DNA of 64,000 nt from positions 32,612,001 through 32,676,000 of the forward strand of contig NC_043010.1 in NCBI RefSeq assembly GCF_006345805.1, given 5' to 3'. Under the pieces are notes generated by a model. The model worked only from the letters and a program-made list of their open reading frames with translations. It made no database searches and had not been told where the DNA came from. The translations under genes and the position numbers were made by a program. The number at the start of each line of letters is the position of its first letter. The first letter of the stretch is position 1. Shown here in pieces: positions 27,001 through 42,019 of this stretch. Source of the DNA: Octopus sinensis. Lineage: Eukaryota.

Positions 27001-27769
27001 GACTATTATTATTGTGACTGTTACTGCTAAACCCCAGGTCATCGTTGATCAATCAGACATAAAATTAATAATCTTTCAGCAATGACAACACAAGTCTTTT
27101 GTATAATCATGAACTGCATAGTTAAGTATGTCTTTTATTGTGGGGTTGAAAGGAGATTTAGTTGTTATTTCGATCAGTTTGGTTTCTAGTTGGCTTTAGT
27201 GGAATAAGGACTTTAAATCTGTTTATAAAATATTTGAAACAGCCAGCATTATAGTGGGACACTAGACAGATAAATGCATACATCATGGTTTGTAGCTGGC
27301 TGTATAAAACTTTTAAGTATTATTTTGTATCTTTCTTATAGTACAGACACACAGTACATATTCCTGTATCAATGTATATCAAGTGTTATTCCTTTGTATA
27401 AAAAAGAAAAATGAACACTGTGTGCATTTGTGTGTGTGTGTGTGTTTGTGCATGTTATAGCAGTAAAATAATGAAAATGGAGAGCCTTTACAATGCAAAA
27501 AGCAGTAGTTTAGTAACCTTTATATTTCAGACACAAAGGGCCATAATCAAAAGTGAATGGAGTAAAGAAATTTAAGTGTTTGAGTGTTGACTATTGTACA
27601 GGCTGGTACACAACACTCAACATGACCAGATCTATATGGACTCACATTTGTTATTTTACTTCTGTATCACAATGCTTCAAGCAAACTACAATGCTCTTCA
27701 TATATATATTATCATATCATATATTATATATTGTTATATTATACTGTACTATATTTATATATGTGAATT

Positions 27770-29150
27770 TAGTGTACAGGTAGGTGTTTCAAGGAATTAG
27801 TTCTCAGCCCTTCAGCCAATAAGAGAAATGACTTTGAGAACTACTATATACTGATGGTTTCATTCTTATAGTAGAATCTGTAGTAGAATTGTAAAAGAAA
27901 TTCCAAGAGTGAAAGCAAAACATGGAATCAAAGTTAACTTAGCAAAGACCACAGTTCTGGTAAGCAGGAAAACAGACAGGACTCTACTTAACTTCAGGAA
28001 AGTGGCACCGCTCAGTATATAGTAATGGTGTAGGCAAAAATCTCATACAATGTACTGAGTGCAATCTTTGTACTGAATGCACAAGAGGTGCAGTGAAATC
28101 ACAGGAAGCCTAATGAAGAAAGTAGACTTTGTTGCCACTGTGCAGGAGCCATGAACACTAAGAGCATGCAAGAAATAGATTTTCTTGAATGCCCAGGAGG
28201 TTCCTAAAGGCAGTAGATAATTTCTGTTACCTCTCTCTCTCTCTAACTGCTCAGTTGAAGTCGACTCTCGGTTACTCATTGGATCAGTGTCCTCCAGTCA
28301 GTTCTATCCTGGGCCGCTTCCTTCAGACTGGCCATGTCCATTCCGGTATCACTCCTGATGGTTTCAAGCCAGCGGGTTCTTGGTCGGCCTCTTCCTCTCT
28401 TGCCACTGACCATTCCGAGCATGATATCCTTCTCCAGGGATTCTCTCCGCATATTATGACCGAAATATGCCAATCTATGCTTGGTGATCCCAGCTTCAAG
28501 CGACATTTTCGGCCCTATCTACTTAAGAACTTCTCCATTGGTGAGCCTCGCTGTCCATGGAATCCACAAAAGTCTTCTCCAACACCAAAGCTCGAATGCA
28601 TTAATTCTCTTCTGGTCAGCTTTCTTTAGTGTCCAGGTCTCGCATCCATATGTTGCTATTGGGAAGACAATTGCATTCACCAATCTGCATTTGGTAGCGA
28701 GTCTGATGTCTCTACTCTTCCAGACCCTGCTCATGCTGACCATTGCCTCTCTGCCTAGTACTATCCGTCGTCTTATTACCTAATTGACCTAATTTGCAGT
28801 GGAGGAGGATGTTCTGAAAGTACAGTTACTAAAAGAAAAGGATGGAGAAAGTTCAGATAGCTATTACCTCTTTTGGTACCAAAAGGTCTCTTTCTCAGAG
28901 GAGAAAGGCAGATTGTATGATGCTTGCATATGAACAGCTAACTGTATGGTAGTTGATGTGGGCCATGAATGTAGAGGGCATGCAAATACTAGAAAGAAAT
29001 GAAACTTGTTATGCTCTATTGGATGTGCAGCATCAACGTGCTTGTATGATAAAAGTGCAAATGTGATGAGAGAAAATTGGACATAGGAATCAGATGTAGT
29101 GTGCAAGAGTGAAGAACATGTTGGTATAGTCATGTGAATCAACGCAGTCC
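27770..29150 (+). mobile_element. Old RTE LINE fragment, split by an insertion at 28233-28775
   Basis: Decayed RT text (LLYTDG.., KVNLAKTTVLVS), then ttctgttacct|aattgacctaatttgcagtggaggagg and gagaaaggcagattgtatgatgcttg (KGRLYDAC); same family as 43150-45695. Confidence 0.75.
28233..28775 (-). mobile_element. 5'-truncated BovB-like RTE LINE, young, with (AG)n tail and 6-bp TSD ttacct
   Basis: One frame reads IRRRIVLGREAMVSMSRVWKSRDI...YGCETWTLKKADQKRINAFELWCWRRLLWIPWTAR...YFGHNMRRESLEKDIMLG..GRGRPRTRW with a single internal TAG; TSD at 28227-28232 and 28776-28781. Confidence 0.9.
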
Positions 29151-29746
29151 GTAGATAAAAAAATGGTCGGAAACCACTGGTCTAGACAGAAGCGAGGTCC
29201 TAAAAGCATTCTATTCATGTCTATACATTCACTTAATCTTGCTCCTAACAATGCCATTATACCCCTCTCTTAATCTCTTTCTTCCTTCTTCACTTCCAAA
29301 GGGTCACCCCTCCCCCAGTGTTAGATTCCTCATTCTTCATAACAATACAGCTTTATTTTTAAAATTTTCTGTAAATCTCCTCTGGATTTTAAATGACAGC
29401 ATTAAATGATTGCTTTGTTTACAATATTCATTTTCTTTTCCATTAGTTTTCCTTATCATTTGTAAAATATTATCTAATTAACAAATCAATTGTTTAATAA
29501 AGCCTTCCAATCACTCAACCAGTTGGTTTGCCTGTCCTCATCATTGTGAAAAAACCTGGGGCAAATAACGAGGTCACAAATTATGATAAAAGAATTGACT
29601 GATGAATTGAGCAAATCGTTAGTCAAGCAATCAATTTGTTTATATATTTTTGTTACTATATTTTTCTTTACACTTTATCATAAAACTGCTTTCTCTCTCT
29701 CATCTCTTTCAAGTAATATTTCCTCTCTCCTTCTTTCTATTTCCAG

Positions 29747-29829
29747 GCTTAGTCAATCCAGTTCTAGTGATGATGCCAGGCAGGCGTTCACAGTCCAATT
29801 TAACTGATCCTCACGCTTTGCGCTGTTAA
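29747..29829 (+). CDS. Probable terminal coding exon of the membrane-protein gene
   Basis: Very strong pyrimidine tract ending ttctttctatttccag. Phase-1 joining to 24412 gives (G)LVNPVLVMMPGRRSQSNLTDPHALRC*; the phase-2 frame gives RLSQSSSSDDARQAFTVQFN*. Confidence 0.5.
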
Positions 29830-30109
29830 ACCAGAAATTCAAATCTCACACCACTTATTTTTATTTTTCTATATATATTTTTCGTTTTTGGAGGGGGGGG
29901 TACCTAATTTTCAGGCCAGTCCACCACATGGCAGTATGTGTACAGTGTACAGAACCTTTACTGTTACTTTTTTTTTTGTTTGTTTGTTTGTTTCATTACT
30001 GTTATTGTTAACTAATTTGTTGTGATATATTTATTTTCTAAATGATGGATATAATTGTCTATGTAGTCACCTATTGATGGATATGCTGAACACAAAATAT
30101 CAGTCAAGC

Positions 30110-30171
30110 ATGTAACCCTTTATCATACACAACTGAAATAAATTAAATTATTCATATTGAAGAATGTGTTG

Positions 30172-30206
<35 letters not shown>

Positions 30207-30281
30207 ATATATATATGATGATGATGATGTATATGTATATAAATGTATATATATATATATATACATGTATATAAATATGTA

Positions 30282-30326
<45 letters not shown>

Positions 30327-30352
30327 TATATATGCATATGTATATAAATGTG

Positions 30353-30402
<50 letters not shown>

Positions 30403-30651
30403 ATTACGTATATAAATATATATATATATATATATATAATGTTATAAATGTATATATATATATATGTGTGTATATATATATATATTGTGTATATAAATGT
30501 ATATGTATTTATATATGTATATAAGTATATTATATATATATATTATATGTATATTAAATGTATTATAATGTATGCGTATATCTGTATGTACATGTAACCC
30601 TTTATCATACACAACTGAAATAAATTAAATTATCATATTGAAGAATGTGTT

Positions 30652-30693
<42 letters not shown>

Positions 30694-30989
30694 TATATAT
30701 GATGATGATGATGTATATGTATATAAATGTATATATATATATATACATGTATATAAATATGTATATATGTATATATATATATATATATACTATATATATA
30801 TTATATATTATATATATATGCATATGTATAAATGTGTATATATATACATATATATATAATATATATAATATATTATATATATATATATACGTATATAAAT
30901 TAATATATATATATATATTATATGTATATAAATGTATATATATATATGTGTGTATATAAATGTATATGTATTTATATATGTATATAATG

Positions 30990-31021
<32 letters not shown>

Positions 31022-31070
31022 AATGTATTTATAATGTATGCGTATATCTGTATGTACATGTATGAGTGTA
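30110..31070. repeat. ~480-bp tandem duplication built around (TA)n
   Basis: catgtaaccctttatcatacacaactgaaataaattaaatt occurs at ~30110 and ~30590; taatgtatgcgtatatctgtatgtacatgta closes both copies. Confidence 0.9.
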
Positions 31071-31449
31071 TGAATTTATATACATACATATGTATGTGTG
31101 TATATATATAGAAATATTAGAATGTATACATGTACAAATGTATGAATGTGTATATGCACACAATTATTTATCTTCTTCTTTGTCTTTCACTGTACCTATC
31201 TGTTTGGTTATTATTGATTTATCTATCTATGTATCTACATATCTATCTATATACTTGGCCAACTAGGAAATCGTCTGGCTTGTAGCGTGTTAATCTATCT
31301 GAGAGTCTAACTGTCTGTTAAAGATGTTATTTTAGAGGGATGTGGAAGAAGTTTATTTACATTCTTGGTTATGTTGATATCAACTACATTCACCATAAAA
31401 TACTTGCTATATTCCTGCAATGTACATGTGTATTACATATTAGATTATA

Positions 31450-32690
<1,241 letters not shown>

Positions 32691-33610
32691 ACACAATCTT
32701 TTCTTCAATAAGAGTGACAAAGTGAACCATCAGCTTGAAACAAATACAGGAATCCAACTCCATCTAGTGAGTATTTCAACACCTAAACAAACACATTTAG
32801 GATTTGGAGAACATGTTTCTCTTTAAATTATTTTAGTGAAGGCAGTCATGTTTTACTCCATTTTAAATTAAAACACAAAATGTATAATAATAGCAACAAT
32901 AACTGACGACAGTGGTGAGTTTTTCCAGTTTATGGTAGCACATTACCCATGTTTGTGGCTTTACAACATGATATGTAACTGTGTTCGTTGATTTATTTTA
33001 TTTCATGGTTGCAAGTATGGCTCTGTGGTTTTGATCTCTGCTTTGTAACTACATAGTGATGGGTCCAATTTCTCTGCACAACATTTTAGGCAATTGTCTT
33101 CTGTCATAGCTTTGGGTCATCTGAAACAGTGCAAGTGAAATCTGCAGAGGAACCATTTTTGTCCTTGGGTGCCATTAACAGAGTCCATTATTACAATGTT
33201 TTGAGCTAGATCATTGGCCTGCAGATAACTTCCTTCCTTCTTTCCTCCTCTGATTAATTCCTTAAAATTTAGTCTTTTTTTTTTCCATTTCTTTTTCTTT
33301 CTAAACATAGGAATGTTGTTTCTGTTTAGTTAATACAATAATTACTTCTTAGACAATTAACACCATTGTTAGTTTTGGAATGCATTTTAATATCATGTTA
33401 CATCTTGACCAGTTTTGTCTTTGATAATCATTAAGTGTCTTATGTCAAGATGTGCACAATAACATACCAAACTGAATTTGAACACAGAATCTGTATCCCT
33501 TCACTAAAAGTAGTAACACTCTTAACCTCTAAGGTCACTGACACATACAGATAATGTTACAAATTATTCAATATTAGTAGATAAGAGAAACACTGCTCTC
33601 AGTTTACATA

Positions 33611-34014
33611 GGCGCAGGAGTGGCTGTGTGGTAAGTAGCTTGCTTACCAACCACATGGTTCCGGGTTCAGTCCCACTGCATGGCACCTTGGGCAAGTGTC
33701 TTCTACTATAGCCTCAGGCCGACCAAAGCCTTGTGAGTGGATTTGGTAGACGGAAACTGAAAGAAGCCTGTTGTGTATATGTATATATATGTGTGTGTAT
33801 TTGTGTGTCTGTGTTTGTCCTCCCAACATCGCTTGACAACCGATGCTGGTGTGTTCATGTCCCCGTAACTTAGCGGTTCGGCAAAAGAGACCAATAGAAT
33901 AATAAGTACTAGGCTTACAAAGAATAAGTCCTGGGATCGATTTGCTCGACTAAAGGTGGTGCTCCAGCATGGCTGCAGTCAAATGACTGAAACAAGTAAA
34001 AGAGTAAAAGAGTA
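33611..34014 (+). mobile_element. Full-length tRNA-type SINE (family B)
   Basis: ggcgcaggagtggctgtgtggtaag (A box), gggttcagtccc (B box), ccttgggcaagtgtc core, internal (TA)(TG) tract and (gtaaaaga)n tail. Partial copies at ~4870, 8160, 10630, 17440, 18880, 22560, 32940 and 40930. Confidence 0.85.
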
Positions 34015-35285
34015 TAGCTCCCAAATTTAACTCTAATCCTGACAATGAAATTAACTGAGACATATGTAAATGCTACAAAAATCTGTTTTATCAATAAAGA
34101 TGGTTGTTAATTAGTCTGAAAAAATTATTATGTTAACAATCAGATCTTTTAGATCTTCAATTCTTAGTGCTTGTTTCCAGAATTTTCTGACTAATGGTGT
34201 CTTTTTTAGTTATATTTAGTTATATTTTTGTTATTAAGCATTAAGATGGATACTAAGTATTAAGATGGATTCTATAATTAATTTATTTAGTTTCTTTGTT
34301 ACATACAAAATAAGGATGTTTACCTTCTGTCCATATTTCTGTTGCATGGTTGTGGGAGTATTGTGTGTTACAATGGCAGCTTGTTGTAGATGGTAAACCA
34401 CTGAGAAAATATTTAATGTAAAAGTTGATAACTTCAAGAAGATTGTAATGATCATGTTCACTATTGAATTTGTATCAGTCAGAGGAGTTTAATGAGAGGC
34501 TTCAAGGTTTGTAGTTTGTTGGGGAGGGAGTGAATTCTTAACTTTTACGCAATATATTATATATACACACATATATTTTATAAACACATATACACATGCA
34601 TACAAATGTATATGCATACATATAACTATAAATGTATGTTAGTAAGTGTATATAAATATATATATATATATGTTGGAAGAGAGGAATCTGGCAGAACAAA
34701 CAGGAGAATACATAGAATTTTTTACTTTTAATCAGCAAAAAGTTACAAAAGTAACTCGGAGGCCAAGAAGGCATTTGTCAAAAGTTTATGTGTCTATGTG
34801 TGCATCTGTATAGATATATACATGTGCATATACACATGTTAGTGAGGTGCATGTATATTAATGTATATATAATGTATGTTCTGAAACCTATTAAACTGTT
34901 GGGGCACAACTGAAAACTTCCATCCTTATATAGTTTTACAAAAAGAAGTCAAGTGTTTTGAAATTTCTCTCACAACAAGCTGTCAACTACAGCCAAGTTT
35001 GTAAGTATGAAATAGAAAACTAAATTGATAAAAGTGATGTTTATACCTTTTTTCCATGTTCTTTGATAGTCTCCAGGAAGCCGAAGACTTAAGTAGTGCT
35101 CCAATGATGTAATGGGTTGCAAAACATCCTTATTATTATTATCATTATTATTATTATTATTATTATTACTATTATTATTATTGAAATAAATAAATCTCAT
35201 TTTCTTTTCTTTGTAACCAAACAATTGTAAAAAAAAATAAAATTCAAAAAGTTTATTATTGCTGCTGTTGTTGTTATTCAAAATC

Positions 35286-35702
35286 AAAATCGATCAACAT
35301 CAATGGAAATTGTAGCTGTGATACCAGTGCCGGTGGCACATAAGAGAACCATCCGAACGTAGCTGTTGCCAGCGCCGCCCCAACTGACTTCCGTGCCGGT
35401 GGCACGTAAAAAGCACCGTCCGATCGTGGCCGTTGCCAGCCTCACCTGGCCTCTGTGCCGGTGGCACGTAAAAAGCACCATCCAATCATGGCCGTTTGCC
35501 AGCCTCGTCTGGCACATAAAAAGCACCCACTACACTCATGGAGTGGTTGGCGTTATGAAGGGCATCCAGCCGTAGAAACATTGCCAGATCAGACTGGGCC
35601 TGGTGCAGCCTTCTGGCTTCCCAGACCCCAGTTGCACCGTCCAACCCATGCCAGCATGGAAAGCGGACACTAAACGATGATGATGATGATGATGATGATG
35701 CT
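35286..35702 (+). mobile_element. RTE LINE 3' UTR fragment with (GAT)n tail
   Basis: Four internal gtggcac(g/a)taaaaagcacc repeats; same family as 7590-8022. Confidence 0.8.
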
Positions 35703-36169
35703 TCATATGTCCCTACTGCACCGCCCAATGCACATTTTTGTCACTGAAATGCATGCAGCATTGTCTATGGAGGGTATTGAAATGTATTTGTATACTTTAT
35801 TAGTTTTGCTTTGTGTTTGTTGTTCCTGGTGTTATTTTAGAGTTTCATCTGTTGTATAGAGTACATGTAATGAGTGATTCGTTACTTCGTTGTGTGGTGT
35901 TTCATGTTTTGTATTACTGGGATGAATAGTGAGAATCATATGAGTTGTGTTTTAGTGTCCAGATGGTGATTGTATAGAATGTTTTATGTAAGGTGTATTA
36001 TGTTATTGGGTGATGTTTGTGTAGAATATGAGTTGGTTGTGGTGTGGAAAATAGCCTGAACAAGGAAGATGATAACAACTAGAACAACAACAACAACAAC
36101 AATAATACAGATCACAACATATTTACCTCTGCCACTGACAACACCACCAATTATAATAGTAATAGTGAT

Positions 36170-36410
36170 TGTGCTAGCAAAATTACTAATGAAAATAATA
36201 GGTAAAAAGTGGTATGATAGTAGTAATATAATGATAACTTACCAAAAATTTTTTTAAATGGCAATAATTAACATGCGATACAGTGTAACTGTGACATGGT
36301 CGTGCCATTAACAACTAACCCCACTAAGTATGCTAGGTGGAGAGAGTGAAAATTGATTTTTGGAAACCCTATGGGTGGAAAAACAAGAATCTGCAACGGT
36401 CAGAGGGGCT
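36170..36410. repeat. ~230-bp direct repeat, second copy at ~39710-39930
   Basis: aaaattactaatgaaaataataggtaaa...ggaaaccctatgggtggaaaaacaagaatctgcaa is present in both copies. Confidence 0.85.
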
Positions 36411-36821
36411 CAGAAGAGTCAATGGCCATCCAAAAAAGGGTGGACAGAACTCATTAGTCTTAGTCAGCAGTCTGTGTAGGATAAGGAACACTCTGATTAA
36501 AAAACTGGGGTAGATAAAGTTCCTTAGTTACCTGGGGTACAATCTGGTGACACCCTGTCAGTGGCCAACAGCTTCTTCCCTTGGATGAAAGCAAAAAAGC
36601 TACAAGTCAAGAGCTAGCTCTCGAGTAATGGTCAGATGAGGACAAGGACCATCCAACATCACCTGTTTCCCAGTGGAGGTCATGGACATCATACAAACAA
36701 CAATGACAATATTTATTTACTTATTTATTTGTTATTTGTTTATTTTATCGTATTGTTTTGTTTTTCGTTAATTTAGAAAAATATTTTTTATTGTTGTTGC
36801 TGCTGTCATTATCATTGTCAT

Positions 36822-36856
<35 letters not shown>

Positions 36857-36996
36857 TTGAATACAGTAACCATCAGAGCACCACAACAAATCACAACAAA
36901 TACCCAAGGCACACAGAGCTGTGCTCGGTAGTGAACTGAAAGCATGCTATAAAAAATAAAACTACAGAATAATAATGATAATGATAATAATAATAA

Positions 36997-37353
36997 GTGG
37001 GGGAGCATCATCGCCATGTGTTGAGAGGGATTCTTTGGGGTTTGAATAATTCACCTCTGGAAACATGGGTGTTTCATTCAACATCTTTAAACAACCCTTA
37101 TTCAGGGACCGTTTTGAGCAGGATGAGTTACTCGACCAGAGGAAAATTCATCGGGTGTCTTGGGTAAATTTCGAAACTGGGTTCTCATTCCTAAGGTATT
37201 TTTCGATGTTGTTGTTATTCTAACTGGGCCCCACATGGTTGTGATGCATGTGCCTAGTGTATCCCTTATCAGACGGGTAGTCATGATGGGTATACTGGGC
37301 TTCGTATATTTTACCCCAGTGTCACTTTGATGGCATGCACTGCTCTCTCACTC

Positions 37354-37402
<49 letters not shown>

Positions 37403-38765
37403 GGGAGCATTGGGCATAATAAAAAATATGAACAGAAATGTAGAAGCTATATGTGGATCCTCAACACTACACACTGTCCAAAAATAGCCCTGCTAGGAAC
37501 AGCCCACATCCTACATAAGAGACTATCAATCCAATAATATAACCAAAATAAAACAACTCACAAATACAAGACACACTCTATAGAACATTTACCTAGTGAA
37601 ATAAACTCCCACCAGCAATCCAGAAAACCAAATTACACACTCAACACGCAATAATAATAAATGCCCTGATGCAGTACCAGGCAGTGGCTCTCATGGCTTC
37701 TGATCTTAACTGATTGGAAGTGCTATCATGTACATTGTTTTGTCTTGGTATAAAAGATGGGCTAAAGCAAATATTCTGCTCAATACCACAGATTTTCTTG
37801 TCAACTGTTTGACCATAACCAGTTGAACATGTCCCTTATTGGCTGACAATATGTGCATCTCTGATCATGAGCAGACGTAGTAGGGGGGAGCACCATAGCC
37901 ATGTGTTGAGAAGAATTCTTTGGGGTTTGAATAATTCACCTCTGGAAACATGAGTGTTTCATTCAACATCCTTAAACAACCCTTATTCAGGAACCTTTTG
38001 AGCAGGATGAGCTACTCAGCCTGAAGAAAATCCTAACTGGTCATGCACTGTTTATCTTGACATGAGATTACCATGTCATGCACATATGGTTGTGATGCAT
38101 GTGCCTGCTGTACCTTTATCAGATGGGGAGTCCTGATGGGTGTACTGGGTTTCATATATTTTACCCCAGTGTCACTTTGATGGCATGCATTGCTCTCTCA
38201 CTCAATAATAATAATAATAGCCCTGATGCAGTACCCGGCAATGGCTCTCATGGCTTCTGATCTTAACTGACTGGAATTGTTATCATGTACATCTTTTGAC
38301 TTGGTATAATAAAACGATGGGCTATAGCAAATATTCTGCTTAATACCACAAATTTGCTTGTCAGTTGCTTGACCATAACCTGTTGACCATATCCCTTAGT
38401 GGCTGATGATATGTGACTGATCACAAGCAGGGGTAGTGGGGGAGCATCATAAATATGTGTTGAGAGGATTTCTTTGGGGTTTGAATAATTCACCTCTGGA
38501 AACATGAGTGTTTCATTCATTTCCTTAAAACAAACTTCATTCAGAGACCTTTTGAGCAGGATGGGCTACTCAATCTGAAGAAAATTCTTAATGGGCCCCA
38601 CCTGCAAGGTCATACACAGTTTATCTTGATATAAGATCACCATGTTGCACATACATATGGTTGTGATGCATGTGCCTGATGTACCCTTATCAGACGGGTA
38701 GTCATGATGGGTATATTGGGCTTCGTATATTTCTACCCCAGTGTCACTTAATAATAATAATAATT
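36997..38765 (+). mobile_element. Three tandem R4/Dong-type 3' ends separated by (AAT)n; the middle copy keeps the ORF end
   Basis: 37403-37540 reads GALGIIKNMNRNVEAICG...VQK(fs)IALLGTAHILHKRLSIQ*, the conserved C-terminal motif of R4/Dong elements; UTR copies at 36997-37401, 37665-38219 and 38220-38765. Confidence 0.8.
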
Positions 38766-39339
38766 GGTTAGTCATTGGATTGTGGCCATGTTAAAGGTAG
38801 AAGGTAAAAAGAAATTGCAGGAAGATATAGTTTAAGGATAGCAAGCTCCTTACTGTTGGTAAAATTTCTCTTGTATGTAAACATAAAATTCTTCACTAAT
38901 AAAATGACCAAAGTTTTAAAACTAAATCAGTGATTTATTACTTCCAACACTGAAATCAGGAATAAACATATTTTTGTTGACTGTAATGTTTGTCTTGTAA
39001 CAGTAATCAAAGTTTCAAATACTCACAAATTAATAGTCACACTTACTTTTATTATATTCAATTAGTAATTTACATTTGCTTCCTTAACCTCTGAATATGT
39101 GCCTTTATTGTATCCTATTAAGTATTGTTAAATCATGGTGATGTTATATTGATAGGAAAGAGTAAACTGATGCTGTTTTGTTTAGATTAATTGTTAGTTC
39201 CTACATTACAAATTAGATGAACTGTAAATGTTGCATGACTGAAATTCATATCACTTACAATTCATTTCAAGCAATATTTGAAAGTGCACAGAAATAGCTT
39301 ACTGCAAAGGCTAGTATTAAATAACTTTTCTGATATTTA

Positions 39340-40920
39340 GCTGATGGAAGTTGTTTGATGAGAAATGGTTATGGGATTTGGTAATTTTGGTCGATATCGC
39401 TATTTGTGTAAAGTTATATTTAATATATTTGAGTGTGTTCAGACATGATAAAGCCATTCACTGCAGAGATAGTCATGGAAGAAAATAGACACAAGTATTT
39501 TTTTCAAAGAAGTAAATGGAAAGTATGTGTATCTTTCTTCTTATTCAGTTGCAGTTTAGAAAATGTGCAATCTTGACCAAATGCAAAGAATTTGAAAAAC
39601 TGAGAACTTTGTGTTTAGTGAAAGTAGCATATTTAAAAGAGTCTTAATACAAACAGGAATTTAATTTCAAAAACACAACAAAATACTTTCGTATCACAAC
39701 CAAGTTAGGAAGTAAAATTACTAATGAAAATAATAGGTAAAAGTGGTGTGGTAGTAGCGATATAATGATAACTTACCAAGAATTTTTTTAAATGGCAATA
39801 ATTAACATGTGATGCAATGTAACTGTGACATGGTCGTACCATTAGCAACTAACCCCACTTGGTGAAGAGAGAGAAAATTGATTTTTGGAAACCCTATGGG
39901 TGGAAAAACAAGAATCTGCAAAGGTCAGAGAAAGTAAAACTACACATCTAAGAAGTAAATGGCGGAGAGCATCAAATTGAATACCACAAAGTATCAGTTC
40001 TGGCTCTCCTCACTCCGAGTTCAAGTTGTATTCTTTTCATCCTTTGATGCATAAAGAAAAATTTTTACTTACGCTATAAAAAAACTTAGCAGCTGAATTA
40101 TATATTCTATCCCTTTACAGTAGGATCTTGAAAAAGGACTTGTTGCTTTAAGTGAGAAAGCATTAGAGACCCATCAGCTAAAATTCAACACCTTAATAAT
40201 GTGTCATTTTCTTTTTCACCAGCATAATGTAAACATTCAAAGAGACTGAAAGATCTCAAAATAGAATATTGTGAATATATTATACCATTTTGAAGTATGG
40301 TAGTAAAGCAAGTACTTCTATAAAATGAGAGATGAAGTGAGATTCTTCATGAATGTTGAAGGCATTCTTTTAATGGAAATAAATGAGTGAAAATGGTTAT
40401 GTGATCTGGTAATTTTGATCAATATCACTAGCCATATAAATGATCTAAGTTTATAATTACAAGAACCAAATCATCTTATTAACTCTATTATTGCAAACAT
40501 CATGAGCTTGGAATCAATGCTTATAACTCAAATGGAAAAAAAACTGTCTGGTATGTTTTCCAGTACCAAAAGAAGAGAAACCAGAATCAAATCAAATCAA
40601 TAGTGGAATATGCTATATGCTGCAGACTGTTTCGATCATGGGGATCAATTTCAAAAGAAATATTGAGATTTACAAAATCATAAGCTAAATCTACAAATAT
40701 ACGAAATTTCTTTTGATGTGAAGCCAGAGGATGCCCATGATTCTTTGCAACTTGAATTAATTCATTTTCAATCAGATAATACTTTGATATCCATATTTAA
40801 TAGGTAATCTATTTTGGAATTTTATAAATTCAATATAGATATTGGAAACTATCTGCTTTTGAAGAATCATGGTGTGAAAATTGCCTCACTATTTTCTACT
40901 GCTTACTAATGTAAACAGTT
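39340..40920 (+). mobile_element. Decayed hAT transposase of the GTF2IRD2/SPIN/Charlie type
   Basis: Fragments DEKWLWDLVILVDIA (39350), KWLCDLVILINITSHINDLSL (40390), FDVKPEDAHDSLQLELIHFQSD (40720) and KIASLFSTAY*C (40880). Confidence 0.65.
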
Positions 40921-41752
40921 AGTACATGTATCTTTCTTTCACTTGTTTCAATCATTGGACTCTGGTCATGCTGGGGCACCATTTTAAAAGGCTTAGACAA
41001 AGAAATCACCTCTAGTACCTATTTTTTAAAAATCTGGTATTTATACTCTTGGGGTCTTTTGTCAAACTATTAAGGTACAGGATGCAAACAAACTAACACC
41101 ATTTTTTAAGTGGTGAGAGATAAACACATGAAGACACACACACACATATATGATGAGCTTCCACACAGATTCCATCTAGCAAATTCCCTAGAAGTATTGG
41201 TCAGCCTGGAGCTATAGTAGAAGCCACTGACCCAAGATGTAAGCAGTAGGAATTAATCTGAAATCACAGTTGCAATGCAAGCTTCTTAGTCACAAAGCCA
41301 TGATGGGAACATTAACTAAGAATTTCTGCATTATCCTTTTCTAATCTGACATAAGTTTTCCAAAGTGAAAGTAAAATGAACCTTCTTGTAAAGAAAGAAC
41401 CTAAGGTTACAAGATTACATTCAAAACATGTTATGTGACATCTTTGGTGCCATGAAATTTAAGCATTATAATCAGCTACTTAATATCATATTTTTAATTA
41501 AGGGATTAGTAGGATTGCTGGTAAACTCATACTTGTAAACTAAAATACAAAGATCCTTATACATTTGTAGCTTGACCATGGATCTAAAAAGGTTCTCCAT
41601 CCTTGATGTAATTGATTAAATCAAGCCCAGTACCTGATTTGTACTTAACTGATCAACCCCAAAAGAAATAAAAGATAACTCAACTACATCCTGACTTGAA
41701 CTCAGAACATGATGGTTCACAACCAAACAACATGTAGCAGATAGTCTTTCTT

Positions 41753-41983
41753 ATTTCTTTATTGCCCACAAGGGGCTAAACATAGAGGGGACAAATAAGG
41801 ACAGACAAAGGGATTAAGACGATTACATTGACCCCAGTGTGTAACTGGTACTTATTTAATCAACCCCAAAAGGATGAAAGGCAAAGTCGACCTCGTCAGA
41901 ATTTGAACTCAGAATGTAGCAGCAGACAAAATACTGCTAAGCATTTCGCCCGGAGTGCTAACGTTTCTGCCAGCTCACCGCCT
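41753..41983 (-). mobile_element. Young family A SINE with an 18-bp target-site duplication
   Basis: tagcagatagtctttctt at 41735-41752 and 41984-42001; SINE body intact. Confidence 0.9.
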
Positions 41984-42019
41984 TAGCAGATAGTCTTTCT
42001 TGATTCACTACATTTGGCA

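Noticed and set aside
28189-28783. Plus-strand ORFs of 146 and 100 aa
   Set aside because: Antisense shadows of the BovB-like insertion.
33611-33690. tRNA gene
   Set aside because: It has A/B-box-like motifs but no full cloverleaf, and it continues into a SINE body with many copies in the window.
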